Of a stretch of 64,000 bases of DNA, positions 33,446 through 48,641 are shown one piece after another; the first letter of the stretch is position 1, and every line of letters begins with the position of its first letter. Origin of the DNA: the human T2T-CHM13v2.0 reference genome, Homo sapiens. The DNA lies in NCBI RefSeq assembly GCF_009914755.1, contig NC_060931.1; one strand, given 5' to 3'. A program made the translations under genes and the position numbers. Under the pieces are notes generated by a model. That model did no database searches, was not told the origin of the DNA, and saw only the letters and a program-made list of their open reading frames with translations.

Positions 33446-36400
33446 CCCATTGAAAACATTTGTAGGAAACTCCCTTCTGGATTTTCACCTACTTTAAACA
33501 TAAATATAACTGAATTTATTTCAATATTTTTTTCTATGTCAGACTTTATCTCTTTGGACTAGTAAGGTCTGAGGCTATAAATAACTTGGCTTATGCATTT
33601 TATCTTTTTTTTTTCATGCCCTATGTCTTATGTCAACTAGTCTCCATTCTGTTCACTAAACCTTTATTCTAACAGATGTTGCTTTTTTTTTTCCTTTCCT
33701 CTTTCATGTTATCCAGGGGAGATCAAAGCATTTAGTCATTCTTGTCCACTGAATGCAGAGGTGTGAGTGTGAAATTTTGCATGATTCCTGTGTTCAGGTT
33801 GCTTCTCTAATGTTTCCAATTACTTTATTTGATAATATTTGATATGTGTTGACTGCTTCAACTGATAGAAATCATCTTAAATCCAACTACTTTTATGAGA
33901 ATAAAAGTTCCTAAAGTATTGAAACAATATTCAAATTTTGTCTACTTTGATGAGGCAGTTGATTCATTTTCAATAAGTAATACTATTTTTATAAAAGATA
34001 TCATAAACATTTCCCCTGAAATTACATAATATAGTTTATAATCAGACAATTTATGCATGAAGAGGTCAAAGCCAACTATATTTTAACAATAATTATTGAA
34101 TGTTACTAATAAGCATTCAATTTAATTTTTGAATACAAAACGTTATAAACATCTTGAGGTACATGGAAAATTGTGGCTTTCATTCCCTTTTAAACATTTG
34201 GCAGTGAGAGTGAAGGCAATGTAACATAATGGAAAAGACTCTGAATTAGCTGTCAAGAGAATTGAGCTTAACTTCAGCTCTTACCACTAAGTAGCCAAGA
34301 GATTTAAAGATACTTTTTAACTAATTCGAGTTTAAATTTTCTATATTATAAAGTGAAGGATAGGAACTAGAGAAGCTGTACAGTAACTGAAAGCTATAGT
34401 ATTTTATAAACTTATTTTTTAGCAAGAATTTTATGGAAATTTTGGCCACAGCTTTTCTTTGGACATGTGTTTTTCTCAAAGTAAAATACCATATATTGTT
34501 GAGCTTTGTGTTCAGTATAGCATTAAGCATAAGTAGTTATGAGTATACAAAAATTTCCAAATGAATTTTTTTGCACTAAAATATTCCAGATGAAAATTAT
34601 TTTCTTGGAAGCATTAGTTGAAAATAACTTCATTTTTGTCTTAGGATATTATTAAATTTTTTAGACTTCTCTAAATACAAGGTGGAAAAGTGAATAGGAT
34701 GAAATTTTTTGTCATTTATGTGTCAAACACATCATTTCATCTTGTCTTTTCATTTCACCTCAAGTTGATTTTAATTCACAGACAGGAAATTGCTGATTGC
34801 CTCTGATGCACCTTATAAAGCAGGTACACAAGTCACTTCTATTTTTCTGGATTTTCATATGATAAAAATTGAGATATTTTGCTTACCAGTCACATACATT
34901 TTTCCCATTCTGTTAAATTATTATACATTTCTAGAAAATAAAATATGTTTACATATGTCTAAGATACTGTGCAATTTTAACATGAATTTTAAAATGTTTC
35001 CATATTGCAGTTAGAAAAGTATGATCTGGTGTCAAGGTAGTACCTAGGAATGCTATCTAGCATGACAAGAATACGGATTCTTAAGGGCAAAGGTTACAAT
35101 TGTCCCCAAGATTGAGGCCAGCAAAGGGCAAGTAAATGTGGGACGCCAAGCATCCATCTGTTCCAGGTGAAGCAATTTAAATATGAGGTAAGACAGTTAT
35201 TAAATGCCAACAAAAGATAAATCAGAAGAAGCCACATTTGCCAGGAGAAAAGCACTTAAAAGGATCTTGAACCCTGGCACGTATACAAAACCGCATTTGC
35301 AACACAAGAAAAATACAGACTTTTAAGCCTCTGTATAAAGCTTTGTGCTAATCTCAAGTGAGGTAACTGATTGAAACAGAAAGTAGTCTAATATTTATTA
35401 ATCAGTAATCTATGTTCTTTAGTGTACATGCATAGTGAATAGATAAGTATTTTTTAATCACAACAAAAATACAGGGGTATAAAAATGCTGGTTTAAGAGA
35501 CTGGTTTAATGTCATTTCAGTGGCAGCAAAAGGCATACAATGAATCAGTGGCAGACTTGCGAATTGATTTTAGATCCCATTAGACTCGCTTTTTAACTGC
35601 TCAGCAGTTCCTGGGATTGCTTTCAGGGACCAAAGATACACAATGGATAAAATGGCAGACTGGAAAATAAAGATAAAATAAAAATGGAAAGTAGTCAATG
35701 GATATGGTTTGATTTCTGATAATTTGAAATAATACTCTTTTTCACCTATAAATGTATAAATCTTAAAGCTGTATTTGGGTAGTATTACCAAATATTCTAT
35801 CATTTTTACAGAAGTAGATTTTAAATTACTAAAGAATAATAGCAAAATATGCAAGGATAAAAATAATTGCATTCAATGAAAGTTGAATACCTATGGCATT
35901 CGATTTTTTAAAGCAATGATTAAAGGATGACCCTTCACAAAAAGATATATTTCTCCAAATACATTTGTTCCTGCTGGAATTTCCAAAGATTCATAAGTAC
36001 AAAATTAGAGTAAAATGCAGCCTTTGGAAAAAAAATGTAATATTTCAACATTCTTACAGCTAGGGATAGCTTGAAAAGGCCCATTTACATTAGAAATAAT
36101 AGAATAAAGAGTATGACCATCTTCTGATATTTAATAATAATTTATGCTATATAAAATTAAGTATTTGCTGATTCTTAGAGTATAATTGGTTGATAATATA
36201 CTGGTATTCATACTTTTCTGTGTATTTAAAATATTACATGATCATAATATTAGGAAAAAGTAAAAAGACATGCTTCATTGCTAAACTTACTTTGAATGAG
36301 AGTTGGAAAACATTTATTTTTATTTTTATTTTAAGTAATCTATTTCAAAATATTTGTATTAGTGCTACAAATCCTAACTTTTTCCTTTTGGTAAAAAATA

Positions 36401-36859
36401 TAGTTATATTTTTCTTTGATTGTAAAACATGTTACTGCTCTTCTTCTTGTCCAGGTAGAAGTAAGGTAGGTGGGTTTTATTTATCTTTGCTCAATCCCTA
36501 GAATTTCTACAGAGAGAATTAGTAGTAACAGAATAACTGTTTTGTGGGGTATTCTAGCACTAGTTTTATTAAAACACAACTCCCAGTTTATGTTATTACT
36601 ATAATCTTTTAAAGGACTCTGTGAGTTTGCCACTGCCAAGGAATTTTACCAAGGTGACATACACTATTTCAGCATGAAGAATTTAATGCTACTTTCAAGA
36701 AGGTTCTTGATAATGCAAATTGTAATGGATTTAACTTGAAATTCAAAGTTTTGAGTGTTTAGAACTAAGTATTAATAAGCACATCATATAGCATAATCTC
36801 AATGGGGTATAATATTGATGCCATTAGAAAGGCCATTTGTTATGATGGGCATGAGGACA

Positions 36860-37000
36860 GATGATATACTGGCTGTGTGATGTTATGTAACATGTTGAAC
36901 TTCCCTGAGCCTTAGTTTCCTCAATTGAGAAACAGAGATAATGCTTCTTTCACAGAATTATTAAAATCAAATTATATAATTTTGATAAAGCTATCAACCA
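36860..37000 (+). mobile_element. MIR relic
   Basis: ctggctgtgtga..aacttccctgagccttagtttcctca..gataat. Confidence 0.55.
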
Positions 37001-37084
37001 TGCCAACAATAATAGCCTCTAATAGTAATAAAAGTAATAACAACAATCGTGGACAATAGTTATAGCAGAAGATAAATTGGATAG

Positions 37085-37421
<337 letters not shown>

Positions 37422-39828
37422 TTGAATTTTTTTTAAAAGAAAAGTGCATTTGAATTACTTTCACATATACATTCCCCAAAATAGCATTTTCTTTATTTAC
37501 GAGTAATGGAGAAACTCTCCTTTGTGATATGCTATCAATGCAAAACTCACATAACTTTGCCTATAGTAGCTTAATGTTTTATGCACAACATAAATGCAGC
37601 TTAACGCAGCTGATTTGTAAGCTCAGGAGTTAAAATTAAATGTGCATGAACCACAATATGCTATAAAACAAGTTTGACTAATTCACAAAAGAATCATAAA
37701 CGCTTTTTTTAATGAGGAGTTTAAACAGTGTCATCACCTCAGTTATATTTCATCTAATGGCTTATGAGATCTGGCTATTATTTAGATATCTTGATGTTTT
37801 CATTTGAGAATTGTAATTTTACGCAGCATCTTTCACTCAGTATCAGAATAGGGTCTTATGATGTCACTACTGAACTTTTGCTATAGCCTCAAAAGAGGAT
37901 GTTATGTATATGTCTATTAATTTTTCTCTCATATTTATGCCAGAAATATGTTTCAAAGTGAATCATGGCAATAGTGGTTTTGTCTGTCTGAAAACTTGCA
38001 TGGTTCTTGACTAGCTTGCCTAAACTAAATTTGATCTTAACTTTCTCGTCTCCTTTTTTTGAAAAGCAGTAAACTCTATGCACACTGGGCTATTTGCCAT
38101 TTCCCTGTTGGACTATAATCATTTATGTTTTTCTCCTTCCATTCACTGTTTCCATAGCCTGTCTGTCTTCCAAATCTATCAATATCTCATCCATTTCCAA
38201 ATTCCAGTTAGAATAAGATGGCCTTTGTTTACCTCATTGAGTGTTCCCTTATTTACACTCATCACTTTGTACAAACGAGGTGTGCACTAAGTATTTCTGA
38301 AGTGTAAATCCAGGAGAAAAAAATCACTCCGACATAGTCCTCTAAACCAGAACTAATCATTTTACTTTTCTTCTCCTATTGTATGGTGCTGGAATGTCCT
38401 TTTAAAGGTGCAGGTTCTGGATTCAGACATGAACTACTGAATAGCATCTTTGCCTCAGGTCTATTACAAAACAATCATGAAAAACCTTACTTTTCTCATT
38501 AGTAAAATGAAGATACTGAGAGTAGCTACCTCATCAGATTTTGTGATAATTAAGTAAAGTAATACTTTTAAAGTACAGGATATATATTCACCGTTCAATC
38601 AATATTAGTTATTGGGAGTATGATTTGTATTATTGCAGATGTCTTTACCAACACCGAAGTTAGATTTTTGTTTCTATGTGAGCCCTTTGAGGGATGATAT
38701 TTGTGTTCATATTCCTTACAATCAATATTAGAAAATTAAGAAAAAATGTTCCTAGGTTTTTATTAAAGCCATTCTTATCACTACTGAATCATTCATGTGA
38801 ATACAAATTGCTTCCAAGGTCATCTGGGCATTGTTAATTGCAGTTGAGCAGTATTGTAGCCTCAAATCTGAAGAAACATAGATATGAATGTTAAGCCTCC
38901 ATTATTTTCTAGTACTCTCTCAGATATATCTAATAAAACCTTTATTGCAGAAGGTTTGCTCATGACGCTTTTCTTTTTCACCTCAGTGCTGTTCTCATTA
39001 CCTCATGCTGATTCTCATCCATGTCCCTGCTATTTCTACTTCCCCATCTCTCATCCTGTAGGAGAATCATGGTGCAATGCTGAGACTGAACACAAGGATA
39101 CAGCTGACTAATCAGACTGCTTCCCCATGGAACCCTATGATGTCATTTTTTTTTCTTTACACTGCAATTGCATTTGTATCAGTACAAACACATCTTAGCA
39201 ATTTAGATTATGATATATCTTCTGGCTTGTTATAATTGCATGTGTATGCTTTTACAGCAAGACTGTTAGATCCATAAGGTTAGGTCCTTTCCATATAAAA
39301 AGCTTTCATGAAATGTCATGGATAACAAGAGGGGGTTCCATAACTTTGGATGCAAACAAAGCTATGACATCATTATCCTCCTTTTCACTATTCCAGAGTA
39401 ATAGTTATTTATTTTATCTTCTCTTGGAAATAAGGACTCTTTCTACATATTTGTATATTGGTGAATGTCAACTGACATTATGCAAAATTTGAAGTTTTCA
39501 CCATAAAATGATCTGAAAATTTACCGTTATGTTAAAACCACTGTGCAACTATAACACAATGGTTTTCTCCCCCCACTCTCTTGAAGTTCAATTGTGCAAC
39601 ATGTCAGGTTTGCTGGGTTATACTCCAGTTAGTTCTAACTGCTAGATTTCATTCAGTTTTGGTGACAATGATGTTTTTAAGGGGGTAAATGTAAAACAGT
39701 TTAAATAATATTATCATAAGCAACAATATTGGATTTCAACTATCAGATATTAATTTTTACACAAATGCTCATATAGGTATGATGATCACTTGTCATTCTG
39801 CATTCTATCTTTGCTTTACTTTGTAGGA

Positions 39829-40139
39829 CTGAGCTGTCCTATACGGGAGCTACTAGTCAAATGAAACTATTGAACATGTGAAATGAGACTAGTCTAAATT
39901 TAGTTGAGCTCTAAGTCTCATAAAAACTCTAAATTTCAAAGGCAGTACAAAAAATAATGTCAATGTTATTAATAATTTTATATTGATTACATATTTAAAT
40001 AATATTTTGGATATATTTAGTTAAAATAAATATATTAAAAATAATTTCACCTGTGGTTATTTTTATTCCTTTTAATATAGCTACTAGAAAAACTAAATTA
40101 CATATGCAGCTAGCATTATACTGCCTTTGAACAGAGGTG
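39829..40139 (-). mobile_element. MER33 hAT-Charlie MITE
   Basis: ctgagctgtcc..gctactagtca..aatattttggatatattt..taatttcacctg..gctactagaaaa..aattacatatg matches recalled MER33. Confidence 0.75.
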
Positions 40140-40534
40140 TTCTAGAAAACCCTAACTTTGATAGACTCTAATGGAAATTACAAAAATGAAGTTTTAAACA
40201 AGGGTGCTAGTCTAAGCCCTATCACCAATCAACTGTGTGAATTTGTGTTAGTGATATCAACTCATATGACTTATTTCAAGATGCTAATTTAGGATAAAAG
40301 TGTGACTATTAAAGTGTGCTTTTCTACTTATCTGCCTTAAGAGAGTTTCTTGACTTATTTTTTACAAATCATGGTAATGTTTCTATTGTGAAATATGAGT
40401 TTTAGTCATTTTTTAAACCACAAGCTATCTGGCTTTGGCTGTGGAAGACAATGATCTACAAGTACTAACTGGATGAGACATTAATCCAGTAAGGAAAAGA
40501 GCAGTATTAAAGCTATGCAGACCAAATGTGCTAA

Positions 40535-41017
<483 letters not shown>

Positions 41018-42237
41018 TGACAGTAACTAAGTATATGCTCTTTATATTTAAAATTAAGTACCAGCAAAATTGGAAAAGAAATCCAATTAAAATTAGTTAT
41101 AGCAATGCAACATGACAATGACATTGCTATGTATACTGAAAAGTAAATACAATTTTGCAGTGTGAACATAGTCCTAGTACCCAGAAGCTACAGTCATTGC
41201 GGTGGGCAAATACACTTTCATGTGCTCTGGGATGATTTAATTCTCTCACCATTTTTCTCTATCTCAACCACAGCAAAATCTTCCTTCATACCATGAACTC
41301 TGGCCTTACTTTGGTCCTTAGTTGGCAGAATATAGCATTTGCATATCGAGTCAGGCTTTGTTTCTTTCTCATTAGCCCAATACAATTAAAGGAGCATTTT
41401 TGGCATTTAAATAATCATAAGCTTCAAGCAAATGAGGGTACTAAAATTTTAAATTAAAAAAAATAAATTATGACTGTGGGATAGCCATCCAAATAATTAG
41501 AATGTGCTTATTTCATTTTTTCACATTAATATCAGAATAAATCATCACAGTTAAAAACAAGACTGAGAGATAACTTACTGATGTCCATTTATTAGAAACA
41601 CATTGCAGGAGGAGATGAAGGTATTCTGATTTCAGGAAATTCAGTCTAAGTTTGTTATGCTACTTTTCTTATATTTTAAAAAAATAAAATATTTTTTTCT
41701 CATCTGCAGATTCAAGTTGTGTTTCCACTCTTAAACTTTGGTTTTAAAATGAAGTTATTTACACAAGGAGACAAAGAGGTAAAAAATGAAAATAAAAATA
41801 AAACATAGAACTAGAGTCGAGAGGTAAAAGAAGGATTATGAAGGCTGGAGAATGAAAGGGAAGATGAAAAAGTACCAAACAGGTGAACAGGCAATGGGAT
41901 TTAGTGTTATTTTTCATGTTTTTGTAAATTTAATATTTATAACAAATTAATGGAGGCTTTTATGAATAGAAATTTCCTCTTAAAGTAGATTATATGGGAA
42001 ATATGTGTAAGGGAATCAATCAAAAGAGGACCCATATATGAGAAAGAGTAAGTAGGAGATAAATAACTCCAGTGACTGTCTCACCCCAGTAAATGTAAAA
42101 GCTTTGATCCAAACTAGGTATTAGTCTACAAGGAATAGGAAAACATGTTTATGGTTAATATTAACTGTATACGATGTAGTCCTTATCTGCATTGATTTCT
42201 GGTGAATCAAGAAGTCATTCAAAAATCAGATACTATA

Positions 42238-42267
42238 GTGCTCACTTCGGCAGCACATACACTAAAA
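42238..42267 (+). pseudogene. RNU6: 3'-truncated U6 snRNA retrocopy (first ~30 nt)
   Basis: GTGCTCACTTCGGCAGCACATACACTAAAA vs U6 5' end GTGCTCGCTTCGGCAGCACATATACTAAAA (28/30); flanked by tactata(g) direct repeats at 42231 and 42275. Confidence 0.9.
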
Positions 42268-44207
42268 AATAAAGTACTATAGATAATATATTATTTTAAT
42301 AGGTGATTGGGAATGGCATTATTGTACCAATATGGCCTTATAAAAACTGTTTAAATTTGTCCAAATACTTTACCTGGCAATAGGTATGCTATATGTGCTA
42401 AAACACAAAACTAAATATCCTTCAAGGTAAGAATTTAATGCTAACACTTCTATTTCTATCTGTCACTGTTTTTAGGGGAAAAAAAGCTGTCAAGTATTAT
42501 CAGTAAAAAACTGTACAATTGAACATACAAGAGGTACAGGATAAATGAATGTTAATCTCATAACTATTGTGTTTATATATCAAATATTCAGGGAAATCAA
42601 GTCAAAATATAAAATGCTCAATTGAAATGTTTTAATTAAGGGTGTGAAGGATGTTCATTTGGATTTTGGTATCTATTTTTTTAGCATTTTGAAATTTTTT
42701 TATTGTTTCAAAGTATGACTTAGGTCACTTTACTCCCTCACTTAAGCACTACCTCTATTAATTTTGAGAAATAGTCTTACTGATAATATTTAGAATTTAG
42801 AACTTTAACAGTCCAAGCAAAAATACACTAGTGAGTTGTTATCTCAGAATTTATTAACTGCAAAGCTTCTCCTCAAGTACAAAGAGCAGATCATTTTAAA
42901 ATTTAATTTTGAATATAAATGATGGTACTTTATTAAGCATAGTAACTTGTACAAGTCTATCTTCCAACATGATTCAAGTATTGAAAGATTAGGAAAGAAA
43001 AACCTAGAAACCACTATGGACTTTAATCACATTTGGCTCAGGTCCATAGTGCAAATGAGGGATATGCTGCATCTGATGGAGACAATGAACAGCTGAGTTG
43101 CCAATGAATCTCGACTTTTCTCACTGAGGCTAGCATGCTACAAAATAAATACAGACTCCAATGTAAGATCTCAGAAAGACAATCCACCTACCCAAAAGCA
43201 ACTCCTTATTGTTTTCCCACGATATCTGAATTTCTCAGTTCCGTACCAATTCGTAGAAATAAACTTGCTCTTCATTGGACTAAATAGTATAATAAATTGA
43301 AAGAAGTAACTCAACTAGAATGGGTTAGATTAGAAGTATAAATTAGTTGACAGAGCATTACCTAGTACTTAAATAACATTTTGGCCTGGGGCACTGTTAC
43401 TAAGAGGATTGATTCAAAGTTTTGCATCAGAGCACACTCCTATTTCTAGTGGAAGGGAAGAACCAGACAAAACATTTTATTTCATATATAGATATATTGG
43501 TTGTCATTGTGGAAATGACCTTAGAGATAGCCATTAAGCCTCATTGCATTTCTTAATGTCCCTTTGGTTCTATCATAAATCTCAATCATGATATTATGAG
43601 AGTATTTATAGAGTTAATACAATTCAGCTCTCATCTGGGCCTGCCTTTTTTTTTATTTTAGATTTCCTGCCAGTAAGTAGAAAAGACCCATTTGGAATTT
43701 GAGAAAACATCCTGAGACATCTTCGAAAATCTGTACTTCTCCTAAATTCATACTTTGTTTTATTAACAGATGTAAATTTGAAGGGGAAATACCATATCCT
43801 GTAAGCCATTTGGGAATATTTTGCCTCTCAAGGATGACTCACACTTTTCATTTCAATGGCATGGATGCTGAGAGCTTAAACTCCAAACTCATGTGTACTC
43901 TAACTCTAAATCAATTTTTCCATGAACTCTGCAAGCATTTTATGATAAACACACACATGTGTATGATGTATGTGACCTCACTGGCAGTTTTCTGCAGTGT
44001 CAAGTGTTATTGGAAGATACCCAAGAATTGATTGACACATATCTTACAGAACTGGAGTTAATTAATAGGTCTACCAATTCCCAAATGTACCACAGGAAAG
44101 AGAAAATCTGTTTAAGACAGCAATCAATGACATACTGTGTGTGGTCAGGAGGCATTCACGATACAGCTAAAGTAGATTTTGGAATACGCTATTCAGGAGT
44201 GTAAATA

Positions 44208-44585
44208 CAGTCAGGTGACACATAACATTTTGGTTAATGATGAACGGCATGTAGGATGGTAGGCCCCTAGGATTATAATGGATCTAAAAAATTCTTATTG
44301 CATAGTGACCTCATAGCCATTGGAAAGCCTTGTCTCTCTTTACATATGTTTAGATGAACAAATACTTATTATTATGCTACACATTGCCTACAATATTCAG
44401 TACAGTAACATGCTGTACAGGTTTATAGCCTTAGGAGCAATAGGCTCCACCATGTAGCCTAGGTATATAGTAGGCTATCCCATCTAGATTGGTGTAAGTA
44501 CACTCTATGATTTTTGCACAACAGTAAAATAGCCTAAGGACATATTTCTCAGATTCTATCTCTGCTGTTAAACAACGCATGACTG
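44208..44585 (+). mobile_element. Tigger3-family (TcMar) non-autonomous DNA transposon
   Basis: TA|CAGTCA...TGACTG|TA termini with TA TSD; internal cagtacagtaacatgctgtacaggttt..aggagcaataggct..taagtacactctatgat. Confidence 0.85.
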
Positions 44586-46189
44586 TATTGCTATTAAAAT
44601 GCCTGAAGAGTAAAAGAGGTCTATTTTCATAACTAGAAGACGAAACTGAAGGTTATTTTGCAAACGGTTGTATTATTACTTTAAAGGAACCATTAATTTC
44701 TTCCTATAAGATCCAAAGCTATTAAATAAGAAAGTAAGCCCTGTTTTCCTTCAAAGTGATGGGTTTTACTTCTGGGACATTCTGCCATATATGATGATAA
44801 GTCTATAATGTCATTTCCTGACAATGGAGTTTCAACATTCTTGAAAACAGAATGTAAGATGATTAGTTGTTTTAAAGGAAGAACACTGCAAAGAAAAAAC
44901 TGCATGTTTAAATGTCCATGAAAGTCTTAATAAAAACAACAAATGATGTCTTTTTTTCTATGATAAAATTATTTGTTATATGTCTAGACAAAATTTTAAA
45001 AGGAGATTCGTCTTTCATTATTTCACATTGCATGGGGCAGGTAATAGCAAAGTACACACACAATGTCTAAACTAGAATTTAGGAGAAAAATAAGTCCTTT
45101 ATCTGAAAAGTTGTCCTTGAGAACAAAAGTTCATATATTCAAACTCTATGACAGTTTATGAACTCTAAGCCAATAATCCTGGCCTCTGTTTCGATTGCTA
45201 TTTTATTTCTCACTCTCCCGATCTATTACTGTCTTCTCCCAATAGTAGAAGTATACACTGTCTCTTTTTTTCAACTTCACCAACAGCATAACAGTTTAAA
45301 TCCAAAGGTAGTGTTTTAAGTAAAATATAGATGAATTTAAAGCAGATTCTCTCTTAAGGCAGCTTAAACATTGAAAATTAAATTTGATGTAGTCTAGACA
45401 ACCTATATTGATAATATCTTTTCCAGAATTTCATAGATTGACTGTCTAGACTGCTTCAAATTCCCCAGGTAATTGCATAATCATCTTACTTCTGATCCCC
45501 TAAATAGTCTGGAACAGTATTTCACAATCTATAGTTATCATGCAAATCAAAATCACTGAGCTTCTGAAGGAGGACCTCTCTCAAAGGCTGTGAGTTTCAG
45601 AGTCTCAGGAAAATACTTGCATTTCAATCTCCCACCTCAGAATGCTCGGGCGGGAAGCTTTATATATTAGCTATTTGGGTAGAGGAAATCCTGGTAAATG
45701 GCCTGGCTCCAGAACCTGTACCTCTTCATTTCCCCAGCTGCCCACCCATACAGCAGCAATGAGTAGTTGATGAGTGGAAGAGGAACTAGACTGTTAACTC
45801 TATTAAAATCTCAACTTCAAAAATCAACATTTCAGGAAAATGATAAAAATGCAAGAATAGCATATGGCATTTTAATTTAAATGACCATCAACATCATGTA
45901 AGCCTCACATTTAAAAGGGGGAAGTTAGGAGAGGTGCAGAATCACCCGGCAGCCATGAGAACCCAGTGCCATAATTTACAATATCTGATGAAGTGAGAAA
46001 CATTTAAGAGGGCAAAGTGACAATTGCTAGCAAGCAAAACAGCAACACAGCTTTTAGGCTGTGATGCAGATTTATATTTTGTATTAAATACAAAATATAA
46101 AAATACAAAATGCAAGGTATAGACTTGCATTTTAAAATATTTATAGTTTCTAATATTAATTGACTTTTTTCAGCCACCATTATCCATTA

Positions 46190-46645
46190 GACAATGTTTA
46201 ACTTTCACAACTGTATGAGGTACAGACCATTTTCCTTACAAATTTCTAGCTTAGAAACTTAGATACAGAGGAGGTAAATAATTTGCACCAGATTAAGCAG
46301 CTAGTACCAAGCTGAGGTTGAATGCAAGTCCTGCAGTCTGAGGCTAGAGGATATGCTTTCAACAATGATGGGATTAAAACTCCTTGAGTTTCTACAGGGA
46401 AAAAAAAAAAGAAAAAAGGCAATGGGTCATACTGTGCTAGGAGCAGTGGAAGGCAGTTAGAGGTAATAAGTCAACCTTGCATTTAAAATATACAGACACT
46501 AAGACTCAAAAGATTGTTTTTAGTTTGTGTTGCATGTTATGAGACAGAGTCTGAGAGACGTTAAATAATATTTCCAGTGCTCCACAGCTAGTAAGTTGTA
46601 GAGCAAGATCTGAAGCTAGATGTGACACCAAAGTCCAGTCCTTTC
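46190..46645 (-). mobile_element. Two MIR relics (~46190-46365 and ~46480-46645)
   Basis: tcacaactgtatgaggta..aaataatttgc..cagctagta; and gttaaataatatttcc..ccacagctagtaagttgtagagc. Confidence 0.55.
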
Positions 46646-46668
46646 TGCTAATTTGTGCTAAAGGTTCA

Positions 46669-47079
<411 letters not shown>

Positions 47080-48521
47080 CGGAGGGAGTTCTCTAGAGCT
47101 ATCTTCAGAATATAGAAAAGTGAGACAATCACCTTGGGCCCAAGTTTTAGGACAACTGATGTATTACAATAGGAATTGGTTGAGAAGACAGCAAAGAGAG
47201 AGTGACTAAATCAGGTGCTAAAACAAATTATGTGTACAAGGTCTCCAGGACCATGTGCATAAATTTATCCCTAATTTAATCAATGTAAAACAAGCAACTT
47301 CACTAGAATTGCCTGTCCTAAAGTTACTTTTTACTTAAAATTCTTCAGTCTGTCAGCATAAATACTATACATATGGACTTATAAAAAAGAGAAGAAGGAA
47401 GGATGTGGTTGGGGAAATAGGATGATGAGGAGCCACTGGCAACTGGTGAGATCTTGGGAATGTGTCTTCCCTGGTTCATCAAGAAGAAAAAATAAGTGTG
47501 TTTAGTCTAGAAACCACATAATCTCTAAGGTGCTTTCTTACACAAAGAAGATATAACACAAACTGTTTTGATTTCTAATTCATTTGGGTCAAAAGACATA
47601 TTTGTATCACTTTGGGACACTTCATGAAATTTAGGGAGAGAGTCTAAAGTTTAAGTTATAAAGAAGTAACTACCAGGTCAATTTTATCTTATCTTTAGGC
47701 TATCAGAAATATTTCAAGAATAAGTCCTTTATTTGTTGAGTATTTCTGAATTCCAGTTTTGAAGAAAATTCTGTCACCAATGATTTTCTCACCACGTGAA
47801 CACTTTTGTTCCTCTTAGGATTTTGTGCCAAAAATTACAAGAGGGTTTATAATTGAAGGCTATTGATAAGCCAAATTCACCAAACTGCTTTCAACATTAG
47901 CAACCTTTTCTTTATCTTGATTTTTGCTTAAATGTACATAATTTCCTCACTAAAACATCTTTACAAGGAATAGACAGATTTTTTAAAAAAACATATTTTT
48001 TTCTTTTCCATACCACCAAATTAATAACGAAAAATATACAATCAAAGCTTAGCCAAGCAAGAATACAAATGTGAATAATGTGAGTCAAACTTGAGATCAG
48101 ATCATTGTGCAAATGTATGGCATCCTATCTTAATCCCTAGGCAGAAGAAAACAACTGGGTGGCAGACACTTCTGGCTGAGGATGGAAAAGGAGGAGAAGG
48201 CTGGCAATATACAAATGAAGGAGAAAACACCACACATTCAGCCTGCTGACATCTGCTGCACATGCAAAATGGATTGGACTCTGTAATCCAGGGTGAAAAC
48301 AAATGCTTTCTTCCTTCCTTCCTCCTGCTCCCTAGTTTTTGTTGAGTAATGTTCTCATTCTTTTTGCATTCACAGATTAAAATTAATAACAGCATCTGAG
48401 TTTGAAGTAGGTCCCACTGAATAGTGAACCACAAGCAAAATAAACTGAAGAAATTAGTAATGAAGCATTTTGAATAGAAAGGGGTCATGGACAAATATAA
48501 TTTTTAAAAAGCCAGCGTTAC

Positions 48522-48641
48522 CTCAGGATGATGTCCAATTTCAATGTAGGTGCAAATTGGATGAAAAGCCCCCGTTCCACAGGCGTACAAGTGAGTCTGA
48601 TTATATGCCTTAAGTACCTTGATGAAATTAGCACATTCTTT
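48522..48641 (-). CDS. SEMA3A: SEMA3A internal coding exon (Sema domain; probably exon 4), 120 nt, phase 0/0
   Basis: Minus-strand translation [40 protein letters not shown] is the recognisable semaphorin-3A segment (ECANF...[14 protein letters not shown]); acceptor ttttccttttgtcttacag| (AG at 48643-48642) and donor GAG|gtaacg (GT at 48521-48520). Exon number is from memory. Confidence 0.97.

Noticed and set aside
48102-48494. 130-aa minus-strand ORF right after the SEMA3A exon
   Set aside because: Intronic, no semaphorin similarity; read-through of the donor meets a stop/unrelated frame.
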